DNA of 64,000 nt from an uncultured Gemmatimonadales bacterium (GTDB lineage: Bacteria > Gemmatimonadota > Gemmatimonadetes > Gemmatimonadales > GWC2-71-9), in contig CAWJMT010000005.1 of assembly GCA_963844035.1 (NCBI GenBank), positions 1 to 64,000 of the forward strand, read 5' to 3'. Positions 9,325-20,875 of the stretch are shown in pieces (positions within the stretch are counted from its first letter, which is position 1; each line of letters begins with the position of its first letter). Both the position numbers and the translations under genes were made by a program. A model generated the notes under the pieces. The model did no database searches, was not told the origin of the DNA, and saw nothing but the letters and a program-made list of their open reading frames with translations.

Positions 9325-10419
9325 ATGAACGCTCTCGTCAAACACATCCGCCACACTCCGCTGCTCTGGCTGCTGGCCTTCGTGCCCGTGGTCTTTGCAG
9401 CCGAGATCCTCAAACCCGAAGGGCACACGGCGCTCTTCGTGTTGTCGGTCCTGGCGATCGTGCCGTTGGCCGCGCTGTTCAGTCACGCCACCGAATCCGT
9501 GGCGGCCAAAACCGGCGACGCGGTGGGTGGCCTGCTCAACGCCACGCTCGGTAACCTAACCGAACTGGTCATCGCGCTGACCGCCTTGCGCGCCGGGCAG
9601 TACATGCTGGTGAAGGCGTCCATGGCGGGCGTCATTGTCACCAACACCTTGTTCATGCTGGGCGGGTCCTTTCTCCTCGGCGGTCTGAAGCACCACACGC
9701 AGGAATTCAACCGGGTCGGCGCCCGCGTGCAGGCGGGCCTGCTGTTTCTGGCCACGGTCGCCCTGCTGATTCCCTCGGCGGTCGCGGAAGCCGACTCCGG
9801 GGCGGGATCGGCGATCACCCAGAAGTTGAGTCTGGGTCTGGCGGTGCTGCTCATTGTGGCGTACGGACTGGGGATGTTGTTCTCGCTCAAGACGCATCGC
9901 GAGCTGTTCGCCAGCGCGGACCACGGCGAGGCCGGCGAAGCGCCGTGGCCCATCGGCCTGGCCCTGGCCACGCTGGCCGGCGTCACGGTACTGGTTGCGC
10001 TGGTGAGCGAAATATTCGTCGAGTCGGTGCAGCAGGCGGCGCAGACGTTCGGGATGACCCCCGCGTTCGTGGGATTCATTGTGGTGGCGCTGGTCGGAGG
10101 CGCGGCAGAGATGGCCGCGGCGTTTTCCGGTGCGCGCAAGAACCGGCTGGACCTGAGCGTGGGTATCGCGCTGGGCAGCGCGTCGCAAATCGCGTTGTTT
10201 GTCGCGCCGGTCATGGTGCTTCTCAGCTACTTCATTGGGCCGGCGCCGATGGACCTGCAATTCTGGCCGGGCGCCGTGGTGATGGTGTTGATCGCCGTCC
10301 TCACTGCGTCGCTGGTGACGAACAGCGGGCACTCGGCCTGGTTCGTCGGCGCGTTCGTGTTGATGGTGTATCTCATCTTCGCCATGACACTGTATCTGTT
10401 GCCGCCGCGAGGGGCGTGA
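9325..10419 (+). CDS. cax: Calcium/proton exchanger (CaCA family)
   Basis: LLNATLGNLTEL and GGAAE repeats; about 11 TM segments. Confidence 0.9.
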   Translation: MNALVKHIRHTPLLWLLAFVPVVFAAEILKPEGHTALFVLSVLAIVPLAALFSHATESVAAKTGDAVGGLLNATLGNLTELVIALTALRAGQYMLVKASMAGVIVTNTLFMLGGSFLLGGLKHHTQEFNRVGARVQAGLLFLATVALLIPSAVAEADSGAGSAITQKLSLGLAVLLIVAYGLGMLFSLKTHRELFASADHGEAGEAPWPIGLALATLAGVTVLVALVSEIFVESVQQAAQTFGMTPAFVGFIVVALVGGAAEMAAAFSGARKNRLDLSVGIALGSASQIALFVAPVMVLLSYFIGPAPMDLQFWPGAVVMVLIAVLTASLVTNSGHSAWFVGAFVLMVYLIFAMTLYLLPPRGA

Positions 10420-11084
10420 ACGTGCCAGGCGAACCCGCCGTCGCCTCCAGGCGCGTGCTCGAGCCGGGCGAGCGCGTCGCGGAAGTCCTGTTTGGCCTGA
10501 TCATGGTGCTCACCTTTACCGGCTCGCTCAGTGTGGCGGAGGCCGGGCGCGACGACGTGCGCGCGATGCTCATCGGGGCCCTCGGGTGCAACATCGCGTG
10601 GGGCATCATTGACGGAATCCTCTATCTCATGGACTGCCTGGCCGAGCGGGGACGCGGCATTCGCGCGCTGCGCGCGGTGCGGAAGGCTGCGGCCCCTGAG
10701 GAGGCGCGCCGCCTCATTGCGGAGGCGTTGCCCCCGGTCGTGGCGGACGCGCTTGGCCCCGCGGAGTACGAGTCCGTGCGTCAGAAGCTGGCGCAGTCGC
10801 CCGAGCCGCCGGCCCGCCCCTGGCTGACCAAGACCGAGTGGATGGGCGGGCTCGCGGTATTCCTCTGGGTGTTTGTGACGACGTTCCCGGTGGCGATCCC
10901 CTTCATCTTCATCGACCACGTTGCCCGGGCCATGCGCGTCTCGAACGCCATCGCCGTCGCGCTGCTGTTTATCGCAGGGTATGCATTTGGGCGCATCACC
11001 AATTTCCACGCGTGGCTCACCGGCCTCGCCATGGTCGTGCTCGGCGGCGTGTTGGTGGTCGTCACGATCGCGCTGGGAGGTTGA
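10416..11084 (+). CDS. VIT1/CCC1-like membrane protein
   Basis: EVLFGLIMVLTFTG, GCNIAWGIIDG; five TM segments. Confidence 0.6.
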   Translation: MNVPGEPAVASRRVLEPGERVAEVLFGLIMVLTFTGSLSVAEAGRDDVRAMLIGALGCNIAWGIIDGILYLMDCLAERGRGIRALRAVRKAAAPEEARRLIAEALPPVVADALGPAEYESVRQKLAQSPEPPARPWLTKTEWMGGLAVFLWVFVTTFPVAIPFIFIDHVARAMRVSNAIAVALLFIAGYAFGRITNFHAWLTGLAMVVLGGVLVVVTIALGG

Positions 11085-11092
11085 AGAGGTCC

Positions 11093-12304
11093 TTACAGGA
11101 CCATCTTCGCCAGCCGCTTCACCAGCTCGCCCAGAGGCATCATTGTGAGCACCAGGGGCGCGATCGGCGCCAGCGTCGCCGCCAGGACCTGAATCGCGCC
11201 CTGCGTCGTGAAGGGAACGAACCGCATCCCGTGCACGACGGTGTACACGTTGGCCATGTCCGACAGTGATTGAACGTCGTTCGTGCCGAGGAGCGGCTCG
11301 CGCGGCGGCGCGCCGGTCCCCAGCCACTTCGCCTCGAACTGGTGCGCGTAGCGCTCTGCCAGCGGGCCGTAGGCACGCTCTCCCTGGCGCCAGAAGTGGG
11401 CCAGGTGCCCTGTGAACACGAGGAAGGGGGCGAACACGAGACCCAGCATCACGACGGCGACCGCCACGATCTCGACCTTGAAGTCGAGCAATGCGGCGCC
11501 ATGGTGGAAGATGCGGGTGGCGATCCAGCCGGAAACGAGCGCCCCGTGCGCCGCGGCCAGAGGCGCGAAGGCGCTGGAGGTGATCGACAGGAACCCCAGT
11601 CCGCCGAGTCGATCCGGGTGCGTGGGGACGAGCCGGAGATCGAGCCGTGAGACCTGCCACAGAAACCGGGTCCAGATAAAGATCCGGTAGTACCACCGCA
11701 ACAGCAGGAACTGGACGAGCGGCACGCTCACGTACGCGTACCACAGTCCCGCGAACGACAGGGTCAGTCCGTCCGTCCCCCGCGTGGCATACCACGTGTT
11801 CGCGTCGAGCGCCGTGTACCCACGCCAGATGACGTGCACGCCGACGACGTAGACGAAGGCGAGCAGCGCAACCTCCGCTACCACGGAATTCCGCAGGCGG
11901 ACTGTCGATGCGACGGCGGCCTCGAAGCGTGGCCGCTCGCTTGGCGAGATGAGCTCGCGCACGAGGAATTGGCCCGCCACGAAGCGGATGCGCCGGTGCA
12001 CGACGAGCTCCGCCGTGATCAGGAGAGGCACCACGACCAGGAAACGCGCGTGGGCATCGATGTCCAGGAGGAAGGGCACGGGCACACCGCCCAGCAGGAG
12101 GCCCTGGACCGCAGCGAGCACGAGGAGCGGCAGCCAGGCGATCGCGGCGCTCACCACGATGCGCCGGCGCGCCAACTCGAGCCCGTCACCTGCGAGATGG
12201 AGGCGGTGAAACAGCTGGAACAGGGGCCCGCCAAGGACGAACGAAAACTCTCCCCGCTCGCGGGGTTGGAATTCGGCCGGCATCGGTAGGGATGACGTGC
12301 TCAT
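11093..12304 (-). CDS. Conserved hypothetical integral membrane protein
   Basis: Long hydrophobic ORF containing FSFVLGGPLF, PTHPDRLGGLGFL and DVQSLSDM. Confidence 0.7.
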   Translation of the reverse strand: MSTSSLPMPAEFQPRERGEFSFVLGGPLFQLFHRLHLAGDGLELARRRIVVSAAIAWLPLLVLAAVQGLLLGGVPVPFLLDIDAHARFLVVVPLLITAELVVHRRIRFVAGQFLVRELISPSERPRFEAAVASTVRLRNSVVAEVALLAFVYVVGVHVIWRGYTALDANTWYATRGTDGLTLSFAGLWYAYVSVPLVQFLLLRWYYRIFIWTRFLWQVSRLDLRLVPTHPDRLGGLGFLSITSSAFAPLAAAHGALVSGWIATRIFHHGAALLDFKVEIVAVAVVMLGLVFAPFLVFTGHLAHFWRQGERAYGPLAERYAHQFEAKWLGTGAPPREPLLGTNDVQSLSDMANVYTVVHGMRFVPFTTQGAIQVLAATLAPIAPLVLTMMPLGELVKRLAKMVL

Positions 12305-12418
12305 CTTGCCCTGACCATAGGCTGTCTTGGCGCGTGGGAACATGAAGGGGCGATGAACAACCCCTCACAAGGCGCGACGGCGAGGCGAGCCTGTTCCGCG
12401 CTCATGCCGTCCTCCCTT

Positions 12419-13748
12419 TCAACTCGACCGCTGCTTCCGCGCCTTGGCCGCCTCCATGGAGCGGAGGAAGAACGGGTACAGGGGCACGCTGATGAGCAAC
12501 GCGATCATGGCGTTGACCACCGTCTTGGGATCGCCTCCCCGGACCGTCCACAGGCAGTAGATCACCGCCACCATCGCGATCCACTTGTACATCTGGAAGG
12601 TCCGCGCCGGGAGCTTGTGGTCGAAGACCACCTGGACGAGCGCCACCGACGAGTAGATGTAGGGCACGACGATCAGGATGACCGCGAGGTCGATGATGCG
12701 GCTGAATTGGCCGGCGATCGTCGGCGACATCGTGGCGAAGAGCATGATCGTCATCAGCACACCGACGATCACGAGCCCATGGCCCGGTACCCCGTGCCGA
12801 TTGAGGCGCGCGAACACCTTCGGGAACATGCCGTCGTCCGCCGCCGCCTTGGAGGATTGCCCCACCAGCAGCATCCACCCGCCCAACGACCCGACGGACT
12901 TGAGCACCGCACACACCGCGATGATGACCATCCCCGGCGTGCCAATGGCGAGGCGTGCCGCCTCGGCAAATGGGGCGTGCGAGGTCCGGAGCTCGGCATT
13001 CGGAATGATGCCCATGATGACGGTCGAGCTCAGGATGTAGATGACGGCGGCAACGCCCAGGCCGATGAGGGTGGCGAGGGGAATGTTGCGCTTGGGGTTC
13101 TCGATCACGCCGGCGGAGACCGCCGCGCTCTCAATCCCCATGTAGGCCCAGAGTGCCATCGACGCCGCACGCGAGATCGCGTGCGCGTTTGAGCCCTCCA
13201 CTTACGTTCCAGCTCGCCTGGAACGTTTCGGGACTGAACCAGAACCAGCCGAGGAACGCGATCGCGAGGATCGGGATCAGGGCGAGGCTCATGGTCCACG
13301 TTTCCAGGGCCCCGACGATCCGGGGTCCCAGGATATTGGCGACCGTGAGAATCCAGATCACCCCGGCGGCGGCAAAGACGCTGGCGGGCGGGGTGCTGAT
13401 GGCAGGGATCATCTCCGCGAGGTAGCCTACGGCCGCTATCGCGACCGCGATATTGCCGATCCAGTTGCCGAACCAGTAGACGTAGTTCGTCTGGAAGCCC
13501 ACGTAGGGACCGAGGAAATCCCGCGCGTAGGCGTACGGCCCACCCTCTTTGGGGTCCAGCTCTCCCAGCTTCGCGAACACGAGGCCGAGGGCGGCCGCGC
13601 CGATCGTGGCGACGATCCAGCCGAAGATGGCGATGCCGCCCACCGAAGCCAGGTTGACCGGGAGCAGGAACAGCCCGGTGCCGATCATGTTGCCGGCCAC
13701 CAGCATCGTGGCCTGCACCAGCGACATCTTCTTGGCGGGATCGCTCAC
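12419..13748 (-). CDS. APC-family amino acid/amine antiporter (AdiC/CadB/PotE-like); frameshift near 13190
   Basis: AGNMIGTGLFLLP, GGPYAYA, WAYMGIESA across two ORFs. Confidence 0.88.
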
Positions 13749-13755
13749 CGGGGCC

Positions 13756-16059
13756 TCAGCCGGCCCCGGCGCCGCTCTTCTTCAGGCACTGGACGTAGTA
13801 GACGCCGTCGCGGTTCTCCACCCCGTGCGTGTCGTGCCCGAACCCCGGGAACGCGCCATCCCAGGTCGCCAGCGCCTTGAGGTAGCCCAGGTACGGGCCG
13901 TCGGCGGCGCCCGTGGACTCGCCGGGCATGAGCATCGGAATACCGGGTGGGTACGGCACCACACTCGTGGCGAGCACGCGATCGGCCAGCTTGTCGAACG
14001 GGACGTGCTCGATCTCATCCCGGATGAGATGCTGGTACGCTGCCTGTGGCGACATCACCAGCTTCGGCAGCGTCGAGAACGCCTCCGCCAGCCAGTGTGT
14101 TTGCCGGGTTTGCTTGAGCATCGCGAACATCTTGTCCGCGAGGTCGCGCAGCCCCAGGCTGCCATACACGCCGGGCGCGCTGCTGACCTTGTCGGGCAGC
14201 ACGTCGGCCAGGGGGGCGTTGGCATCGTAGTCGCTCTTGAAGTCGAGCAGGGCGTTGAGGAGGGTGCCCCACTTGCCCTTGGTGATGCCGATCGAGAACA
14301 GTACGAGAATCGAGAAGTCGGTGGTCTTCTCCACCTCGACGCCACGGCGGTGCAGGTAGGCCGTCACCAATGAGGCCGGGATGCCGCGCTTGTCGAGTTC
14401 TCCCGAGTCCGCTACCCCCGGCGTCAGGATCGAGCACTTGATCGGGTCCAGCATACAGTACCCGTCTTCCAGGTCGCCGAACCCGTGCCAGATGTCTCCC
14501 GGATGCAGGACCCAGGGGTCGGGATCGCGCGCGAGAAACGCGGGCGAGGCATCCGCGAACGCAACCTTCTTGCCGTTCTCCGTCACCTGGTCGGCGTTCC
14601 AGGCCTTGAAAAACCACTCTTTCTTCTGGGCGAACTCGCGATGGACGCGACCCATGGCCTGCCGGAAGTCCACCGCCTCCTCGATCGACTCGTTGGTGAG
14701 TGCGAGTCCGCCGGGGCCGTCCATCATCGCGGCCGTCACGTCGTTGGAGACGATGATCGGATAGAAGGGCGAGGTGGACGCCTGCATCATGTACGACTCG
14801 TTGAACCGCGAGTGGGGAATCGGGCTGCGCCCGTCGCGGATGTGCAGGAACGACGCCTGCGACAGCGCCGCGAGCAGTTTGTGCGTCGAGTGCGTGGCGA
14901 AGATGGTGGGGCCCTTGTGGTCCTTGGGGTCCCCGTGCATCGCGTGGCGGTCCTTGTACAACGGGTTGAAGCGGGCGTAGGCGTACCAGGCCTCGTCGAA
15001 GTGGATCCGATCGACCGTGGGGTCGAGCAGCTCCTGCACCCGGCGCGCGTTGTAGCACAGCCCGTCGTAGGTGGAGTTCGTGACGACCGAGTACACCGGC
15101 CGGGTCTCGATGCCTTTCACCACCAGCGGGTTGGCCTTGATCGCGGCCTGGAGCGCTTCCTTCTTCAGGCGCTCGGGAGGAATGGGGCCGATGATGCCGT
15201 AGCGGTTGCGCAGCGGGACCAGGTACTTCGGAATGCCCCCGCTCATCACGAGGCTGTGCTCGATCGACTTGTGGCAGTTCCGGTCGCACAGGGCGATCTG
15301 GTCGCGGGCCACCGCGGCCGTGAAGATCACCCGGTTCGACATTGATGTGCCGTTCGTGACGCTGTACGTGCGGTGGGCGCCGAACACCCGGGCGGCGTAC
15401 CGCTCGTGCTCGCCCATCGGGCCGGAGTGGTCGAGCAGCGAGCCCAGGGCGCCCACGCTGATCGAAAGGTCCGACCGCAGCAGGTTCTCGCCGTAGAAAT
15501 CGAACAGGATCCGGCCCACCGGCGACTTGAGGAACGCGGTACCGCCGTGGTGACCGGGCGTGTGCCAGGAGTACGCAGACTCCTGATTGAACTTCATGGC
15601 CGCCGCCGCCAGCGGAGGCAGCATCACCTCGAGGTAGCGACGGATGGCCGCCACCACCCGCCCGCCGACAAAGGCCGCCGTGTCCTCCAGGGTCCAGACG
15701 AACTCATCGGCCATTTGCATCACGTTGATCGGGATCGACGACGCCGCACCCCGCTCGGCCATCAGGAAGATGGGGATCTTGTCGTTGTGCAGACGGATGC
15801 GTTGCAGCAGCGCTGTGGCCTTCTTGTGCCCCGTGTCGTCTCCAATCGACCAGTCCACCAGGATGGCGTGGATGGCGGAATCCGATGTGAAGACCGCCGT
15901 GCCGTCTTCGACCGACGTCGCTTCCACGACCTCGACGGCGCGTGCCGTGAGCTCCTGCACGAGCGTTCGGGCCGCGCGCCCTTCGGCCGTCGGGCTTGGC
16001 AGCTCATCGTCGACGATGAGCGCCCGCATGGTCATACGCTTGGTCGTGCGCTCAATCAT
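13756..16059 (-). CDS. Orn/Lys/Arg decarboxylase (fold I, wing domain)
   Basis: WHTPGHHGG, DRNCHKS, HFDEAWY, THSTHK (PLP lysine), PYPPGIP. Confidence 0.95.
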   Translation of the reverse strand: MIERTTKRMTMRALIVDDELPSPTAEGRAARTLVQELTARAVEVVEATSVEDGTAVFTSDSAIHAILVDWSIGDDTGHKKATALLQRIRLHNDKIPIFLMAERGAASSIPINVMQMADEFVWTLEDTAAFVGGRVVAAIRRYLEVMLPPLAAAAMKFNQESAYSWHTPGHHGGTAFLKSPVGRILFDFYGENLLRSDLSISVGALGSLLDHSGPMGEHERYAARVFGAHRTYSVTNGTSMSNRVIFTAAVARDQIALCDRNCHKSIEHSLVMSGGIPKYLVPLRNRYGIIGPIPPERLKKEALQAAIKANPLVVKGIETRPVYSVVTNSTYDGLCYNARRVQELLDPTVDRIHFDEAWYAYARFNPLYKDRHAMHGDPKDHKGPTIFATHSTHKLLAALSQASFLHIRDGRSPIPHSRFNESYMMQASTSPFYPIIVSNDVTAAMMDGPGGLALTNESIEEAVDFRQAMGRVHREFAQKKEWFFKAWNADQVTENGKKVAFADASPAFLARDPDPWVLHPGDIWHGFGDLEDGYCMLDPIKCSILTPGVADSGELDKRGIPASLVTAYLHRRGVEVEKTTDFSILVLFSIGITKGKWGTLLNALLDFKSDYDANAPLADVLPDKVSSAPGVYGSLGLRDLADKMFAMLKQTRQTHWLAEAFSTLPKLVMSPQAAYQHLIRDEIEHVPFDKLADRVLATSVVPYPPGIPMLMPGESTGAADGPYLGYLKALATWDGAFPGFGHDTHGVENRDGVYYVQCLKKSGAGAG

Positions 16060-16092
16060 TGCGTTTGCTCCCCCAGGATCCCGTGCGAGACG

Positions 16093-17080
16093 TCATTCGG
16101 GCACCGTGCTCCACTGGTAGAAGATGAGTGCACCGGCATCAGGCGCCCCGAACCACTTCGTGTACAGGGTCTTGAGCTCCGGCGTCGCGTAGAACTTGCT
16201 GAGGGCACGATCCACGACCAGACGGAAATCCTCATCGCCCCGCGGAAGTGCCAACGCCAGCGGCTCCTGCGTATAGCGGCGATCGAGCACCTTCAGCTTG
16301 CCCGGCTGCGGGCTGTTGAGCGCGGCGTCGAGCAGCGCGCCGCGGTCTCCGAAGAAGACGCTGGCCGCGTGGTCGAGCACCCGCGCGGGCGCCCGTCTCA
16401 TAGCCGTCCACGGGAACCATCTCCGTGGTGAGCCGAAACTCGCCCTGCTTCGCGCGCAGCCAGTTCTCGGCGGCCGAGGGCGAGACGAAGGAAAACGTTT
16501 GCTTCGACAGCAGTGTGCCGGCCGACGCCCGCCACGAGGGATCGGTCCGCGGGACACCGCTCAGGATGTCGCGCAGTTTGGGGTCGGCGTCGGCGCGCAC
16601 CAGCGCGCTGATCCCATCCGCGAAGATGGGCGTGGAGAACGACACGACCTTGCGCCAGGCCACGCTGGGTGCGTCGCCGCTGCACAGCAGGTCTATCTTG
16701 CCCTGTTGTACTGCCCTGAACCGGTCCGTCGCCGACACGGGGACCCACTGCACCTTCAACCCGCTGTTCCCCAGCTCATCCTTGATGGCGTTGGCCACCT
16801 CCGTACACATCGCGACGGCGTATCCGGCGGCGGCGCCCGCCTTGTCCTGGTAGGAGAACGGCCGACCATCTGTGCGATATCCAAGATTGACCTGGCCGGC
16901 CTGGCGGATTCGCGCCAGCGTTCCAGCCGGCGCCTTCGTTGCCTGAGCGCTTACCGGCGACGCGATGGCCTGACCAATGATGGCGCAGACCGCGATCCGG
17001 GCCCAAAGCCCCCACGGGGTAACCCATCCTGCACGTTGCATGACCCTGCTCCTTTCAACGGTTACGGTCGCCACGGTCAA
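16093..17080 (-). CDS. Amino acid ABC-type substrate-binding protein (family 3); frameshift near 16400
   Basis: TLARIRQAG..LGYR..RPFS, GKIDLLC, EPLALAL.RGD.DFR. Confidence 0.85.
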
Positions 17081-18417
17081 CGCCTGGCCGGCTGTGCGGC
17101 CGCAGCCGCTGTGCCTGTCGTGAAGCGGTTTGCGATGAACCCCCAGATGATGTAGGTGAGGCCGATCACGATCATGCCTCCCATCACCGCACTGCTGCCT
17201 GATGCGTAGAGGGCGTAGGTGCTGTACAGCATCGCGATCAGTGCGATCACCGCGTTGCGCCGATACGTCCCCTGGGGGGCGTTACCGGCCTTCATCATGA
17301 CCATCAGGGCGGACAGCGCGATGATGTAGGGCACGACGTTGGTGACGACCGCCAGGTTCACCAGCACACCGAATTGCTCGCTCAGGCTGGGCGAGATCGT
17401 GGACAGCGCCAGCAGGGTTTGGACGACGCCCAGCACGAGCATGCCCGTGATCGGCGCGCCCGCCGCATTCACCTTCGCGAACAGGGCGGGGAACATGCGC
17501 TCCTCCGCGGCGGCTTTCCCGGTCGAGGCGATGGTGAACTGCCAGCCGAGCAGCGAGCCGACGCAGGCCAGCACCGCCAGACCCATGACGATGGAGCCGA
17601 TCGTCGGGTTGAACATGTGAGCGAACGCGAGGGCGAACGGGCCGGTGGACTGCGCCAGCTCGGCGTTCGGCACGATGCCCTGGATCACCGTCGTGGACAG
17701 GATGTAGATGACGGCGGCGCCCAGCGTTCCGAACATGCAGGCCAGCGGCACGTCCCGTTTCGGGTTCTCCACCGCGTCCGAGTTCTGTGCGGCGGATTCC
17801 ATGCCGAGGAAGGCCCACAGGGTGAGGGAGATGCTCGAGCCCATGCCTTGCCCCAGGGTGAGCCCCTGGGGATTCCACGCGGCGGCGAAGGTGTCGCTCT
17901 TGAACCAGAACCAGCCGGCAAACGAGAGCAGCCCCACCGGGAGAATCACGCCCCACACCGTGATGGAGCCGATGCGCCCGGTCACGGAGGGGCCGCCGAA
18001 GTTGGCCACCGTCGTGAGCCAGAGCAGCCCGATCACCCCGATGCAGGTGGCGATCGGCGTGGAGGAGAGCCACGGGAAGAACCCCGCCAGGTAGCCCACC
18101 GCGGAGATCCCGATCGCTACGTTCCCGATCGCCAGGGAGAGGAAGTAGAGGAAGAACGTCATGAAGTAGCCGTCCTTGCCGTAGGCATCCTCGGCGTAGG
18201 CGGCCATCCCTCCGGCGCGCTGGTTGAAGATGCCGGCCTGCGCGAAGCCGTACGCAATCGCCATCGAGCCCAGCGCCGTCACGATCCAGGAGAGCAGCGA
18301 GATCGCGCCGACCTTGGCCATGTTGGTCGGCAGCATGATGATCCCGGAACCCATCATGTTCACCGCGACGATGAACGTCAGCTGGACCAGACTCATCTTC
18401 TTCTTAGTTTCCGCCAC
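17077..18417 (-). CDS. potE: Putrescine-ornithine antiporter
   Basis: VNMMGSGIIMLPT, LWAFLGMESA, LLGWQFT, LVNLAVVTN. Confidence 0.88.
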   Translation of the reverse strand: MAETKKKMSLVQLTFIVAVNMMGSGIIMLPTNMAKVGAISLLSWIVTALGSMAIAYGFAQAGIFNQRAGGMAAYAEDAYGKDGYFMTFFLYFLSLAIGNVAIGISAVGYLAGFFPWLSSTPIATCIGVIGLLWLTTVANFGGPSVTGRIGSITVWGVILPVGLLSFAGWFWFKSDTFAAAWNPQGLTLGQGMGSSISLTLWAFLGMESAAQNSDAVENPKRDVPLACMFGTLGAAVIYILSTTVIQGIVPNAELAQSTGPFALAFAHMFNPTIGSIVMGLAVLACVGSLLGWQFTIASTGKAAAEERMFPALFAKVNAAGAPITGMLVLGVVQTLLALSTISPSLSEQFGVLVNLAVVTNVVPYIIALSALMVMMKAGNAPQGTYRRNAVIALIAMLYSTYALYASGSSAVMGGMIVIGLTYIIWGFIANRFTTGTAAAAAQPARR

Positions 18418-18546
18418 GGTCTCCCCCTTTGGTCGCCTTTTCCGAAGCCGACTTGTGCACTTCGCAATCGCCTCCCCGGGAAGCGGTCACCGATTCCTGA
18501 AATGCGAAGAGGGAGACGAGCAACGGCTTCGCCTCCCTCTCACTGG

Positions 18547-20854
18547 TCATCCGTTCACGCAGTAGACGTGGTAAGTCCCGTCCCGCTCTTCAGTGCCTTC
18601 GACTTCTTTGGCGAACCCGGGGAACTTCTCGCCCCAGTGCTGCACCGCGCGCAGGTAGCTGAGCCACGGTCCATCGGCGGGGCCGATGTTCTCCCCCGGC
18701 ATCACGATCGGAATTCCCGGCGGGTAGGGAATCACCCCGACCCCCACGACACGATTCGCCAGCTTGTCGAGCGGGACCTTCTCGGCCTTTCCTGCCATGA
18801 GCAGCTGGAAGGCGCGACGCGGCGTCATCTCGGGCGTCGGCAGCTTGGCGTAGGCCTGCGCCTGCCAGTGCCCCTGCTTGCCTTCCTTCATGTAGGCCCA
18901 CATCTCGTTGCCCAGGTCCTTGAGGCCCATCCCCGCGTAGCGCTGCCCCCCGGCGGCCGCGACACCGGGGATGACCTCGGCGAGCGGCGCGTTGCGGTCG
19001 TAGTCGGCTTTGAAATCGAGCAGCGTGTTCACGAGCGTGCCCCACTTGCCCTTGGTGATGCCCATGGAGAAGAGGAACAGCACCATGTGATCGGTGGTGC
19101 GCGACGGCACGATGCCGTGCCGGCCGAGGTAGGCCGTCACGATGTCGGCCGGGATGCCCGTAGCGTCGAGATTTCCGTCCGCTTTCATCCCCGGACACAC
19201 GATCCCGAACTTGATCGGATCGAGCATGCACCAGTTGTCGGGAATCGGGTCGAAGCCGTGCCACGCCTCGCCCGGATGCAGCACCCAACAGTTGGGGTCG
19301 GTGGCCAGCAGCTCGGCGGGCGCTTCGTGGAACGGAATGCGCTTGCCCGTCTTCGGGTCCTTGATCTCGTCGGCGTTCCACGGCGCGAAGAACCAGTCCT
19401 TTTTCGCCAGGAACTCCTGCCGCATGCGGGCGAAGGCCAACCGGCACGCCACCGCTTCGTCGATCACGTCCTGGGTAAGGGTCTGCCCAGCCGGGCCGTC
19501 CATCATGGCAGCGGCGACGTCGTTCGACGCGATCAGCGCGTACAGCGGTGAGGTGCTCGCCTGCAGGCAGTACGCCTCGTTGAAGCGCCCGTGGTCGATG
19601 GCGCCCCGGCCGTCACGAATGTGCAGGAACGACGTCTGCGACAGTGCGGCCAGGAGCTTGTGCGTCGAGTGCGTGGCGAAGACCGTGGGGGCGTCTTTCG
19701 GGTGATCGGCGGGGTTGCCGCGCATGGCGTGACGGTCGCGGTACATCGGATTGAAGCGCGCGTACCCGTACCACGCCTCGTCCAGGTGGATACGGTCCAC
19801 GCTCTTCCCCAGGCGCGCCTCGACCTCGCCGGAGTGGTAGCACATCCCGTCGTAGGTGCAGTTGGTGAGCACCGAGTACACCGGACGCTTGTTTGTGGCG
19901 CTCTTCGCCAGGGTGTTCTCAGCGATCGCCTTGGTGATCGATGCCGGCTCGAGCTGCTCCGGCGGAATCGGTCCGATGATGCCGTAGCGGTTTCGCGTAG
20001 GACGCAAGAATACGGGAATCCCGCCCGTGAGGACCAAACCTTGCTCGATGGACTTGTGGCAGTTGCGGTCGCACAGCGCGATCTCGCCGTCGCCTACGCA
20101 CGCCGACATGATCGCCCGGTTCGACGCCGAGGTCCCGTTCAGCACCGAGTAGGAGCGATGCGCGCCGAAGACGCGGGCTGCGAACCGTTCGCTCTCGCCC
20201 ACCGGGCCGGTGTGGCCCAGCAGCGAGCCGAGCGCGCCGCGCTCGATGCCCATGTCGGAGCGGAACAGGTTCTCGCCGAAATAGTCGAAGAATGCGCGTC
20301 CCGACGGGGGACTTGAGGAACGCGACGCCGCCCTGGTGCCCCGGGGCCGCCCAGGAGTACTCCCGGTCCCGGTCGTACCGCGCCAGCGCAGCCGCGTACG
20401 GAGGGAGCAGGGCCTGGATGTAGCGCTCGATCGCGGCCGCGGCGCGGCCCACCACGAATGCTGCCGTGTCTTCGAGCACCCACACGAACTCGTCGGCCAA
20501 CGTCGCCACTTCGATCGTGACCGTGCCGGCGACCTTGCGGTCCGCCATCAGGAACACCGGGACCTTCGCGTTGCGAGTCCGGAGCTTGCGCAGCAGCTCG
20601 GTGGCCTGCGCATGCTCGCTGCGGTCGTTCTTGCCGATGGTCCAGTTGAGGAACACGCAGTGGAGCGCGGCGTCGGAAACGACCTGGTTCAAGCCGTCTT
20701 CGACCGAGAGCGCTTCGACCACCTCCATGCCGCGCCCGCGCATCTCGGCGGCCAGAGTCCGGACGGCATGCCCGCCGGCCGTGGTCGCCGCGACCAGCTC
20801 GTCATCTACGATCAGCACCCGCCGGGCCAGCGGGTGCGCGGTGCCGACGATCAT
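18547..20854 (-). CDS. Second Orn/Lys/Arg decarboxylase; frameshift near 20300
   Basis: WAAPGHQGG, DRNCHKS, HLDEAWY, THSTHK, PYPPGIP. Confidence 0.93.
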
Positions 20855-20875
20855 GCTCGACCTCCCCGCTCGCGG

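Noticed and set aside
17374..19551. Long alternative-frame ORFs (also 57523-60000 and 34473-36326)
   Set aside because: Shadow ORFs from high GC content that overlap better-supported genes.
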